From Macrostomum lignano (lineage: Eukaryota), in assembly GCA_002269645.1 (NCBI GenBank), contig NIVC01003118.1, forward strand, positions 1 to 38,638: a stretch of 38,638 nt of DNA, read 5' to 3'. The position numbers were made by a program, and so were the translations under genes. The notes below the pieces were generated by a model that was not told where the DNA came from, did no database searches, and worked only from the letters and a program-made list of their open reading frames with translations. This document shows, one piece after another, positions 10,136 through 19,994 of this stretch; position 1 is the stretch's first letter; every line of letters begins with the position of its first letter.

Positions 10136-10357
10136 CGTTCTCTCCAAGAGCGGACCTCCGCCGTCTCCGGCGCCCTCACCGCCGCCTCCGCTGTGAGTGT
10201 CGAAGCAGGGCGGTCCGTGGGTCGCGTGCGATTCGACAACCTTGTTGGTGATCACTTTTCGAACCTGGCGCCTGCGAACCACCTTCTTGGTGATTCGGCT
10301 CCCGTGCTCGTCTGTGAAGGTCATGACCTCTTCTTCGGGCTCGCCGATCTCTTCGCT
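10136..10357 (-). CDS. C-terminal region exon (SEEIGEPEEEVMTFTDEHGSRITKKVVRRRQVRKVITNKVVE…LLERT)
   Basis: attcag acceptor, gtgagt donor; 222 nt, phase 0-0; Thr/Lys/Val-rich like 4.1/coracle CTD regions. Confidence 0.82.
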
Positions 10358-10411
10358 CTGAATTTTGGAAGGTAAAAAATGACCTGACCACTCTGAACTC
10401 GGCCACCGCTT

Positions 10412-10926
10412 GTCTGACAGGCTCATTGCCTATCTGAAAGGCTCACTGCCTATCTGACAGACTCACTATCAATCTGACAGGCTCACTGTCTATCTGACAG
10501 ACTAACTATTAATCTGACAGGCTCACTGTCTATCTGACAGGCTCATTGCCTATCTGACAGACTCACTGCCTATCTGACAGACTCACTATCAATCTGACGG
10601 GCTCACTGTCTATCTGACAAGCTCATTGCCTATATGACAGGCTCACTGTCTATCTGACAGACTCACTATCTATCTGACAGGCTCACTGTTTATCTGACAG
10701 ACTCACTGCCTATCTGACAGACTCACTGCCTATCTGACAGACTCACTATCTATCTGACAGACTCACTGTTTATCTGACAGGCTCACTGTTTTTCTGACAG
10801 ACTCACTGTTTATCTGACAGACTCACTGTTTATCTGACAGGCTCACTGCCTATCTGACAGACTCACTGCCTGTCTGACAGGCTCACTGCCTATCTGACAG
10901 ACTCACTGTTTATCTGACAGGCTCAG
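10412..10926. repeat. 20-bp minisatellite (TATCTGACAGRCTCACTGYC)n
   Basis: About 25 copies. Confidence 0.95.
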
Positions 10927-11084
10927 TCTTATATTAAGTGAATCGAAAACACTGAAAGGTGCTGTTATTGGCTAATGGCTTACACTGCCGAATAGCAAGC
11001 TGAAGAACTGCTGAAGAGGCATGCAGAAACTACGACAATGCAAAAAATTAATAAGGGAACGGTGATCAACACTTTACTTACCCA

Positions 11085-11765
11085 CTGCTTCCCCATCTCA
11101 GAAATCCAATTCTATTTCTCTTCATGTCAGAAATCCCATGTCATTTCTCCTCATCTCAGAAATCCCATTCTATTTCTCCACATCTCAGAAATCCCATTCT
11201 ATTTCTCCACATCTCAGAAATCCCTTCCCATTTATCCCAATCTCAGATATCCCTTCTCATTTATCCCAATCTCAGATATCCCTTCTCATTTCTCCTCATC
11301 TCAGAAATCCCATATCATTTCTCCTCATCTCAGAAATCGCATGTCATTTCTCCCCATCTCAGAAATCCCATGCCATTTCTCCCCATCTCAGAAATCGCAT
11401 GTCATTTCTCCCCATCTCAGAAATCCCATGTCATTTCTCCCCATCTCAGAAATCCCTTCCCATTTCTCCCCATCTCAGAAATCCCTTCCCATTTCTCCCC
11501 ATCTCAGAAATCCCATGTCATTTCTCCCCATCTCAGAAATTATGTCATTTCTCCCAATCTCGGGAATCCCTTCCCATTTCTCCCCATCTCAGAAATCCCT
11601 TCCCATTTCTCCCCATCTCAGAAATCCCATGTCATTTCTCCCCATCTCAGAAATTATGTCATTTCTCCCAATCTCGGGAATCCCTTCCCATTTCGGCCCA
11701 TCTCAGAAATCCCATCCCATTTCTTTTTATCTCAGAAATCCCATCTCATTTCTCCCAATCTCGTC
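11085..11765. repeat. 29-bp minisatellite (TCAGAAATCCCATGTCATTTCTCCCCATC)n
   Basis: About 23 copies. Confidence 0.93.
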
Positions 11766-11820
11766 CCAATCGCCCCAAAAAGCCCCGTCCACTCCAAAGC
11801 AGAAAACCGCGCCAGCCTAC

Positions 11821-11976
11821 GTGAGTAACATAGGTTTTCTCCGTAGGCTGCAGGTCCAGATGGTGGTGATGACTGGGATAGCTGTCCCTGGCGCAGCAGT
11901 CCATGGGCACGGTGGGGATAGCCGTAGGCTTGGCCAAGCTGTCATCGTACAGGCAGTAATCCTCATCGCCGGATTG
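11821..11976 (-). CDS. Linker exon (QSGDEDYCLYDDSLAKPTAIPTVPMDCCARDSYPSHHHHLDLQPTEKTYVTH)
   Basis: aatag acceptor, gtaggc donor; 156 nt, phase 0-0; GC-rich island between arrays. Confidence 0.75.
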
Positions 11977-12294
11977 CTATTTTGTGAGTGCGGGATGAAC
12001 AAAATCAGAAATCATTTTATTTCACTGCGTTTTCATATCCGAATTCATATTGAAATTGCCTCTCTACTACTGAACATGCTACTTTTACAGTAGTATTGAG
12101 TGAAAATTCTATTTAATGATGATTTCGAGTAGAGTGCACGATTTGTTTAAATTGATTGATTTTGTGAAACGAACAACGCTCAAAAGGTAAAGTTTTTAAT
12201 ATAATTTTTGTGAACGACAAGCATAATTAAACAATTGATGATTATGATTACATAAACAGAGGCTATAAAAGTTACTCTTAAAAACCTCTCTCTA

Positions 12295-13408
12295 AATCTC
12301 TCCCATCCCCCTATTTTAATCTCTCCGCCTCTCTGAATCTCCCCTCTCTGAATCTCCACTCTGAATCTCCCCCTCTCTGAATCTCCCCCTCTCTGAATCT
12401 CCCCGACCTGAATCTCCCCCTCTCTGAATCTCCCCTCTCTGAATCTCCCCTCTCTGAATCTCCCCGACCTGAATCTCCCCCTCTCTGAATCTCCCCTCTC
12501 TGAATCTCCCCTCTCTGAATCTCCCCTCTCTGAATCTCCCCCTCTCTGAATATCCCCTCTCTGAATCTCCCCCTCTCTGAATCTCCCCTCTGAATCTCCC
12601 CTCTCTGAATCTCCCCTCTGAATCTCCCCTCTGAATCTCCCCTCTGAATCTCCCCCTCTCTGAATCTCCCCTTCTCTGAATCTCCCCCCTCTGAATCTCC
12701 CCCTCTCTGAATCTCCCCTTCTCTGAATCTCCCCCCTCTGAATCTCCCCCTCTCTGAATCTCCCCGACCTGAATCTTTCCCTCTCTGAATCTCCCATCTG
12801 AATCCCCCTCTGAATCTCCCCTCTCTGAATCTCCCCGACCTGAATCTTCCCCTCTCTGAATCTCTCCTCTCTGAATCTCCCCTCTCTGAATCTCCCCTCT
12901 CTGAATCTCCCCTCTCTGAATCTCTCCCTCTCTGAATCTCCCCTCTGAATCTCCCTCTCTGAATCTCCCCTCTCTGAATCTCCCCCTCTCTGAATCTCCC
13001 CTTCTCTGAATCTCCCCTCTGAATCTCCCCTCTGAATCTCCCCCTCTCTGAATCTCCCCTCTTTGAATCTCCCCTCTCTGAATCTCCCCTCTCTGAATCT
13101 CCCCTCTGAATCTCCCTCTCTGAATCTCCCCTCTCTGAATCTCCCCTCTCTGAATCTCCCCTCTCTGAATCTCCCCTCTCTGAATCTCCCTCTCTGAATC
13201 TCCCCTCTGAATCTCCCTCTCTGAATCTCCCCTCTCTGAATCTCCCTCTCTGAATCTCCCCTCTCTGAATCTCCCCCTCTCTGAATCTCCCCCTCTCTGA
13301 ATCTCCCCTCTCTGAATCTCCCCTCTGAATCTCCCTCTCTGAATCTCCCCTCTCTGAATCTCCCTCTCTGAATCTCCCCTCTGAATCTCCCCTCTCTGAA
13401 TCTCTGAA
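12295..13408. repeat. 13-16 bp satellite (CTGAATCTCCCCTCT)n
   Basis: About 75 variable-length copies. Confidence 0.96.
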
Positions 13409-13445
13409 CCTGAAAGCTCAAGAACAGAGCCCCGGGCCGCCTCAC

Positions 13446-13565
13446 CTCAGTCCGGGTCTCCCGCACAGACACAGTCGGCTCGCCGCTCTCCAGAAAGCCG
13501 CCCCGAGCGCCCCGATGATGCTGGACGCCCCGATGATGCTCGTGGCTGCCATGCTCCGCGCCCGA
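13446..13565 (-). CDS. Linker exon (SGAEHGSHEHHRGVQHHRGARGGFLESGEPTVSVRETRTE)
   Basis: tttttgtag acceptor, gtgagg donor; 120 nt, phase 0-0. Confidence 0.8.
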
Positions 13566-13834
13566 CTACAAAAATGATGAACTTGGCTTGATAAATATTC
13601 TGCTGCTAAAATCAAAGTCCGCGTCACGCACAATTGGCATTAGTCAGGAAACCCGAGACGTCGGGCTGGGCGTGCTGCTGGGCACTGAGTCGGATAGACA
13701 GGCAGAAATACAAGAAGGAAGGAGAGAAACTGCAATAGCTGAGAGATGCACAGCAACTAAACTAATGCGAGGCTGCACGAGAAGCATGGGGAAGGAGATG
13801 ATGGTGACATTATCGCAAAGATATGAGCAATGCT

Positions 13835-14600
13835 GAGTACTCCGACACACACAGCCTGAGCACTCTGACACACTTAGGCTGAGCACTCTGACACACACAG
13901 ACTGAGCACTCTGACACACACACAGGCTGAGCACTCTGATACACAGACTGAGCACTCTGACACACACACAGGCTGAGCACTGTGACACACACACACAGAC
14001 TGAGCACTCTGATACACAGACTGAGCGCTCTGACACACACACAGGCTGAGCACTCTGATACACAGACTGAGCACTCTGACACACACAGGCTGAGCACTCT
14101 GACACACACACAGGCTGAGCACTCTGACACACACAGGCTGAGCACTCTGACACACACACACAGACTGAGCACTGTGACACACACACAGACTGAGCACTCT
14201 GACACACACACAGGCTGAGCACTCTGACACACACAGGCTGAGCACTCTGACACACACACACAGAATGAGCACTGTGACACACACACAGACTGAGCACTCT
14301 GACACACAGACTGAGCACTCTGACACACACACAGACTGAGCACTCTGACATACAGACTGATCACTCTGACACACACACAGGCTGAGCACTTTGACACAGA
14401 CTGAGCACTCTGATACACACACAGACTGAGCACTCTGATACACTTAGACTGAGCACTCTCACACACAGACTGAGCACTGACACACACACAGACTGAGCAC
14501 TCTGACATACAGACTGATCACTCTGACACACACAGGCTGAGCACTGTGACACACCTAGACTGAGCACTCTGACACACAGACTGAGCACTGTGACACACAG
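13835..14600. repeat. ~22-26 bp minisatellite (CTGAGCACTCTGA[CA]n)n
   Basis: Constant core plus a variable (CA)n tract. Confidence 0.94.
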
Positions 14601-14778
14601 TCGCTGCAACTCCCAATTTGAACACAAACCCGATCCAAAATTGTGTTGGGACAATTATTCATATGCTTCAATTTTGAGACAGTGAAAGCAGCCTAATTGA
14701 GCAATCGCACGAAAAAGCAGCTGAAATGTTTTTTTAGCTGGAAGCTATAAGCAGGTCTCAGCAAGTAAATTTACTCAC

Positions 14779-14820
14779 CCTTGGCTGATCCTCATTGGAG
14801 GCTTGAGACAGGCGACTTTT
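14779..14820 (-). CDS. 42-nt micro-exon (KSRLSQASNEDQPR)
   Basis: tttttgcag acceptor and gtgagt donor; phase 0-0, open frame. Confidence 0.75.
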
Positions 14821-15295
14821 CTGCAAAAAATGGCTTCGAATATGTAACTAACAGCCTACAGAGTTAGTCGGTAGGCATGAATTATGGACAAGCCCCTCAC
14901 CCGTTTGCTAAGACTCTCCTGCAGCATTCTTGGATCAGCGTAGGCGAAACCCTTCGACTTGCGCTGGCATGCGGGAGGGGGGGTGGCCAGAGACCGCGGT
15001 AAAGTTTAATTGCGCACTTGATGCAGCGAACCAGGTTAAATGCAGAATGTAAATATGCGGCATTGAGACACTGAAGTTGATAACTGCCAAACACTTAGCA
15101 AAGTTATCAGCACTCACTTCAATGCAATTAAATTTTATACTTGAATACCTGAACAGAGAATATTTATTATGATTATTGTCTGCTTTATATGGGTAAACCG
15201 TTTAATATAAACCATTTAGAAAAGTGTAAACGTTTTTATGGAAAATACATAAAAAATAGACACATGAAAAATTTATAACAAGAAAAAATAAGGCT

Positions 15296-15306
15296 ACGGA
15301 TGCTAT
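15296..15306 (+). repeat. Target-site duplication, left copy (ACGGATGCTAT)
   Basis: Identical 11-mer at 19482-19492, directly after the element tail. Confidence 0.9.
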
Positions 15307-15312
15307 CCGTAA

Positions 15313-15666
15313 GGCTACGGAGGCTACGGAGCAGACTCGTGCCGCTCGAAAAACACTGAAAGCCAGCCGAGGGAACTGGACGACGGCACGGCTCAGCCTT
15401 CCAACTGGTGGGATTACCACCAGGAGGACGCTGCCGGCCGAGCTCAGACTCCCGACGGCGGGGCGCAAGGCGAAGGCAGCAGCCGTACCCCAGTCGCTGG
15501 GGAGGAGGGCGGTGTAGCGCGGCTAGGTGACTCACCTGCCGTGGGCGCCGTGTCCGCCTCCGCGGCGGCTGGGGAGGCGGCTGAGCCTGAGCCAATGGAA
15601 ATTGGCGACTCAACTCTCACCGATGAGGCTGAGAATGAGTTGCTTTTCTCCTCCCCTGGACAGTAG
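15313..15666 (+). pseudogene. 3' remnant of retrotransposon ORF1 (acidic low-complexity tail …EPMEIGDSTLTDEAENELLFSSPGQ*)
   Basis: 118-codon open frame running from the 5' junction to TAG at 15664-15666, two nt before the ORF2 ATG; no start codon. Confidence 0.7.
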
Positions 15667-15668
15667 AC

Positions 15669-18600
15669 ATGACTGTCTCCCAGGGCATCCACTGCTTGCA
15701 GGTCAACCTGCAGCACAGCATTGCTGCTTCAGTCAACCTCTTGAAGCACACTGACCAATACGTGCCAGGGATTATCCTTATCCAGGAACCTTGGACGCTT
15801 AGGGGCAGCCCCCAACATGTCCCCACCGGCTACCAGTGTTTAACCGCTGGTACCCGGGAGGGAAACCTGGCACCAAGATCCTGCATCATGGTGTCCAGTT
15901 CTATTAACGCATGGCTCAGATCAGACCTGTCCACCAGGGACATCTGTGTCATCCAGTCTGAAGACATACTCCCTGGGAGGACTACCCTCATCGCCTCGGT
16001 TTACCTACCGGGCGACGGCGAGATGATCCCAGTAGAGCTTGTCACACTGGTCGAGCTCTGCTCCACCAGAAACTATGAGCTGCTCGTGGCAGGTGACATC
16101 AATGCCCACCACACCCACTGGGGCAGTTCTGATATAAACCAGAGAGGTGAAGACTTCCTGGCTTATATTGCTACTACAACCCTTGAGTTCTGTAACTCGG
16201 GTAGTACCCCTACCTTCAATAACGGACGCCGATCGGAGGTGCTGGATGCCACCCTCGCCACGCCCAGGCTCTTCCGGAGCACTAGGGAGTGGCGGGTGCT
16301 TCCTGAGGCGTCCCTCTCCGATCACAAGTTCATCTCTTTCACGCTGGCCAGCGCCCGTAACGCAGGCCAGCTTTACTGGAAACGGAATGCTAGGAATACC
16401 GACTGGACCGCCTTCAGGCTTGCCCTGGAGGAGACCTATCGTTGCACTAGCACTCCAGTCTCCATCAACACCTGCGAAGAAGCAGATGAATTTGCGGCCG
16501 CACTTACGGACTCGCTCACTGCTGCCTTCGAAGCCTCATGCCCACTAAAGGCATATAAAGGCAAACAGTCGGCCCCATGGTGGAACCCGCAGCTTGGCGA
16601 CCTCCGTCGCAGAGCCAAAAGGCTTCACCGCAGGGCCCAAAAAACTAAAAACCCGGCCGACCAAACCGCCTACCTGAACTCTATCCACGAGTTCAAGAGG
16701 CAGGTTAGGAACGCCAAAACCAACAAGTGGCGCGAATACTGTGAGGAACTTGAGGGCTCCCGCCCCACCTCCAGAATCGTTAAAGCCCTCACCCTGGACA
16801 AAATGTCCAAACTCTCCTCAGTCAAGAGAGCCGACGGCTCGCTTACTGAGAACCCAGGAGAAACACTGGAAGCGATGCTAACAGCGTTTTTCCCGAACGA
16901 GCCAGCCAGGCCCGACCCCCCTGACCACTCAGTGGGCGGACACGTACTGGCTGACTCAATCATCACGGAGGACCGCGTTACTAAAGCTGTCTCCTCCTTC
17001 AAACCCTTCAAATCCCCAGGACCGGACGGCGTTGTGCCAGCCTTCCTGCGGGAGGCGGTGAAATGCACCGGTTTCCTGCGGAACCTTTGCCGGCTTCTGA
17101 AAGCCTGCATTGTGCTCGGCTTTGCTCCGAAATCCTGGACCGAGGCCAAGGTGGTATTTATCCCCAAGCCTGGCCGACCGGACTACCGGTCCATTAAATC
17201 CTTCAGACCAATTAGCCTCACCTCCTCATTGGTGAAGCTGTTAGAGAGACTGGTGCTCTGGCGCCTCCTCTCTGTGGAACTGAAGAACAAGCCGCTCAGT
17301 GAGAACCAGCATGCCTTTCGGGCAGGCAGGTCCACGGAGAGCGCGCTTCACGTTCTGGTTGACATGCTGGAGAAAGCCGTTCTTGGTAATGGCTACGCTC
17401 TCGCTGTCTTCCTCGACATTGTTGGAGCCTTTGATAATGTCCTCTTTGAGGCTTTTGACAGAGCTCTACGTGCTAGAAAAACCCACTCGCACCTCACCCG
17501 GTGGATCATGTATATGATCAGCCACCGTACTGCCACCGCACACCTGTTGGGCCACCAACGGACGGTAACCGTCTGCAAAGGCAGCCCCCAGGGCGGTGTC
17601 CTCTCTCCAGTTCTCTGGAACATGGTCATCGATGAGCTCCTCCAGGACAGCCATCTTGACCCCATCCTCAAGGTCGGTTACGCCGATGATGTCACAGCCG
17701 TGGCATCCGGACCGTCACCTGAAACCCTTAGAGATCTTCTGCAAAACTTCATTCGCTCTGCTGAACGTTGGGCGGACAGGTGCGGCCTCAGGCTCTCCGA
17801 GACCAAAACTGTCGCGATCATGTTCACCAGCAGGGTTAACTGGCGTATTCGCCCACTAAAGCTTTACGGGGTGGAAATTCCATCCTGCAAGCAAACCAAG
17901 TGTCTCGGCGTTACGCTGGACCACCGGCTGAGCTGGTCCACCCACGTCCAGGCCAAAACCAAAAAAGCCCTCGCGATTCTTGCGCAGCTGCGCAGAGCCG
18001 TCGGCACCACCTGGGGCCTCACCCCGAAACGGCTCTGGTGGACCTATACCGCAATGGTCCGACCGGCCGTTACTTACGCCGGTCTGGTCTGGACCAGCGC
18101 CTTGCAGATTAAAACCTGCCACGAAGCCCTCAAAAAGGTGCAGGGACGTGCGTGCCGCATGATCCTGAATGCCCCGCTCTCTGCTCCCTTTGACGGCCTC
18201 AACGCCTTTCTCTGCCTCCCGCCTCTGGACATCTTTGTCCGTCGCGAGGCTGCTAAAACCACCCGCCGGCTCATCGAGGCTGGTGTTAGCTTCAAGCCAC
18301 AAAGAGCGATGGCGAAGCGCAAGCTCCTGCCGCACTCTGACCTGTGCCTTAAAGTTCTGGAGGAGAGTGGGAGTGCGGCTGTCCTTTCGGACGCTGAACC
18401 GCGCTCCCTCAATCTCTACCAACGCTTCAAGGTCACGATCCCCTCCAGGGAGAACGCCAACGACAGCTGGGCCCCTCAGGAGGTTCACTGCTTCACTGAC
18501 GGATCCTCCAAAGACGGTTTATCCGGCTTTGGAGTCTGTATCCTTATCAACGGCCGCGTGATTGCTACTCACGCCCAACACACTGGCAGACTCTCCAGCG

Positions 18601-19373
18601 TCTTCCAGAATGAAGTCCTTGCCATCAGCTCCTGTGCAGCTGAGCTCCACCGCAAGGACTTCAAGGACAGAAGAATCTTCTTCCACTCTGACAGCCAGGC
18701 CGCTTTACAGGCCCTGTGTCACACCACTACGAACTCCCGAACAGTCCGCGACTGTATCGGGCAGCTCAACAAGCTGGCTCGGAGGAACACCGTCCGGCTC
18801 ACGTGGATCCCAGGACACGCCGGCTTCAAAGGTAACGAGCTCGCCGACTCCCTCGCTAAGGCGGGCTGTTCCGGCTCGCCCCTTGGCCCCGTGCCCCTGG
18901 CCCCCATCCCCGCCACAGTCATTAATCGTCAGATTAACGACTGGGCGGACATCCTGCACTTGCGCAGATGGGATGGTATCTCCAACTGCCGCCAATCTCG
19001 TGCGGCAGTGCCCAATCCGTCCCTCAAGCTGCGGAGAATCCTTTTGAATCAAAATCGAAAAGATATCCGCGCTCTCACTATGACCTTCACAGGTCACGGT
19101 TGCTTTGCCAGGCACTGCTTCCTCCGATGTGTTCGCCGGAGTGAACTCTGCCCCTTCTGCAGCCTCGAGAATGAAGATGCCATGCACTTCGTCTGCTACT
19201 GCCCGGCCTTCAACCGAGACCGGCTCAACCACCTCGGGCCCAACCCGTCCCTGGACGACGTTTGCCGGCCCGAGAACATCCCACGGCTCATCCGGTTCCT
19301 CCGGGCCACCAAGCGAGCCTCCGTCTTCCCCACCGAAGACAACGCTGCAGACAGGACCGGCAGACCTCCCTGA
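15669..19373 (+). CDS. pol: Retrotransposon ORF2 polyprotein, 1234 aa: AP endonuclease, reverse transcriptase, RNase H, CCHC-like motif
   Basis: APE: QVNLQHS, LIQEPW, GDINAHH..WG, LDATL, SDH. RT: KSPGPDG, FRPISLTS, QHAFR.GRST, FLDI.GAFD, GSPQGGVLSP, YADD (17679-17690). RNase H: FTDGS (18492), NEVLAI, SDSQAAL, WIPGH.G..GNE.AD. C-terminal CPFC-x7-H-x4-C (~19149-19203). Confidence 0.97.
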   Translation: MTVSQGIHCLQVNLQHSIAASVNLLKHTDQYVPGIILIQEPWTLRGSPQHVPTGYQCLTAGTREGNLAPRSCIMVSSSINAWLRSDLSTRDICVIQSEDILPGRTTLIASVYLPGDGEMIPVELVTLVELCSTRNYELLVAGDINAHHTHWGSSDINQRGEDFLAYIATTTLEFCNSGSTPTFNNGRRSEVLDATLATPRLFRSTREWRVLPEASLSDHKFISFTLASARNAGQLYWKRNARNTDWTAFRLALEETYRCTSTPVSINTCEEADEFAAALTDSLTAAFEASCPLKAYKGKQSAPWWNPQLGDLRRRAKRLHRRAQKTKNPADQTAYLNSIHEFKRQVRNAKTNKWREYCEELEGSRPTSRIVKALTLDKMSKLSSVKRADGSLTENPGETLEAMLTAFFPNEPARPDPPDHSVGGHVLADSIITEDRVTKAVSSFKPFKSPGPDGVVPAFLREAVKCTGFLRNLCRLLKACIVLGFAPKSWTEAKVVFIPKPGRPDYRSIKSFRPISLTSSLVKLLERLVLWRLLSVELKNKPLSENQHAFRAGRSTESALHVLVDMLEKAVLGNGYALAVFLDIVGAFDNVLFEAFDRALRARKTHSHLTRWIMYMISHRTATAHLLGHQRTVTVCKGSPQGGVLSPVLWNMVIDELLQDSHLDPILKVGYADDVTAVASGPSPETLRDLLQNFIRSAERWADRCGLRLSETKTVAIMFTSRVNWRIRPLKLYGVEIPSCKQTKCLGVTLDHRLSWSTHVQAKTKKALAILAQLRRAVGTTWGLTPKRLWWTYTAMVRPAVTYAGLVWTSALQIKTCHEALKKVQGRACRMILNAPLSAPFDGLNAFLCLPPLDIFVRREAAKTTRRLIEAGVSFKPQRAMAKRKLLPHSDLCLKVLEESGSAAVLSDAEPRSLNLYQRFKVTIPSRENANDSWAPQEVHCFTDGSSKDGLSGFGVCILINGRVIATHAQHTGRLSSVFQNEVLAISSCAAELHRKDFKDRRIFFHSDSQAALQALCHTTTNSRTVRDCIGQLNKLARRNTVRLTWIPGHAGFKGNELADSLAKAGCSGSPLGPVPLAPIPATVINRQINDWADILHLRRWDGISNCRQSRAAVPNPSLKLRRILLNQNRKDIRALTMTFTGHGCFARHCFLRCVRRSELCPFCSLENEDAMHFVCYCPAFNRDRLNHLGPNPSLDDVCRPENIPRLIRFLRATKRASVFPTEDNAADRTGRPP

Positions 19374-19481
19374 CCGGCCCCGCGCCCTAGCCTATGCGGG
19401 TCTTTCAGGGATTAGCGGAATGGGCGACGCTCGCCTCCCCGCTGCGTCTTCGGACCGCCCTGCAGCTAAGATAAGAAGAAG

Positions 19482-19492
19482 ACGGATGCTAT
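19482..19492 (+). repeat. Target-site duplication, right copy (ACGGATGCTAT)
   Basis: Identical to 15296-15306. Confidence 0.9.
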
Positions 19493-19524
19493 GAAGGACT
19501 CAACACAGTACTAAAATAAGAAAC

Positions 19525-19892
19525 ACATAACTCATAGGAAAAAACACACATCTCATGGGAGGAAACACACATCTCATGGGAAGAGCCACAATCTCATAGG
19601 AAGAACCACAATCTCATAGGAAGAACCACAATCTCATAGGAAGAACCACAATCTCATAGGAAGAACCACAATCTCATAGGAAGAACCACAATCTCATAGG
19701 AAGAACCACAATCTCATAGGAAGAACCACAATCTCATAGGAAGAACCACAATCTCATAGGAAGAACCACAATCTCATAGGAAGAACCACAATCTCATAGG
19801 AAGAACCACAATCTCATAGGAAGAACCACAATCTCATAGGAAGAACCACAATCTCATAGGAAGAACCACAATCTCATAGGAAGAACCACAAT
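19525..19892. repeat. 20-bp minisatellite (AAGAACCACAATCTCATAGG)n
   Basis: About 15 near-perfect copies with a degenerate left edge. Confidence 0.96.
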
Positions 19893-19994
19893 AGGGAGGA
19901 AGACACACATCATGCGAAGAAACACATAATAGACACATAATAGACAGTAAACACAAATTAGAGCAATTAAACACACAAAACCCGGCCAGCTCAC

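Larger units (their letters stand above)
15307..19481 (+). mobile_element. Non-LTR retrotransposon of the R1/LOA (I-group) type, 5'-truncated, antisense in the 4.1-gene intron
   Basis: Exact TSD ACGGATGCTAT at 15296-15306 and 19482-19492; ORF1 remnant plus intact ORF2 (APE-RT-RNaseH-Cys/His); short AAG-type tail at 19467-19481. Clade assigned from domain set and motifs, not from a phylogeny. Confidence 0.93.

Noticed and set aside
13620-13690. Candidate extra 4.1 exon after a good polypyrimidine tract (…gactcag|TGCCCAGC…)
   Set aside because: The phase-0 frame hits a stop and has no good donor; the only open frame is phase-incompatible with the flanking exons.
16005-19494. Short ORFs overlapping the retroelement in other frames or strand
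   Set aside because: Shadow ORFs of the GC-rich ORF2.
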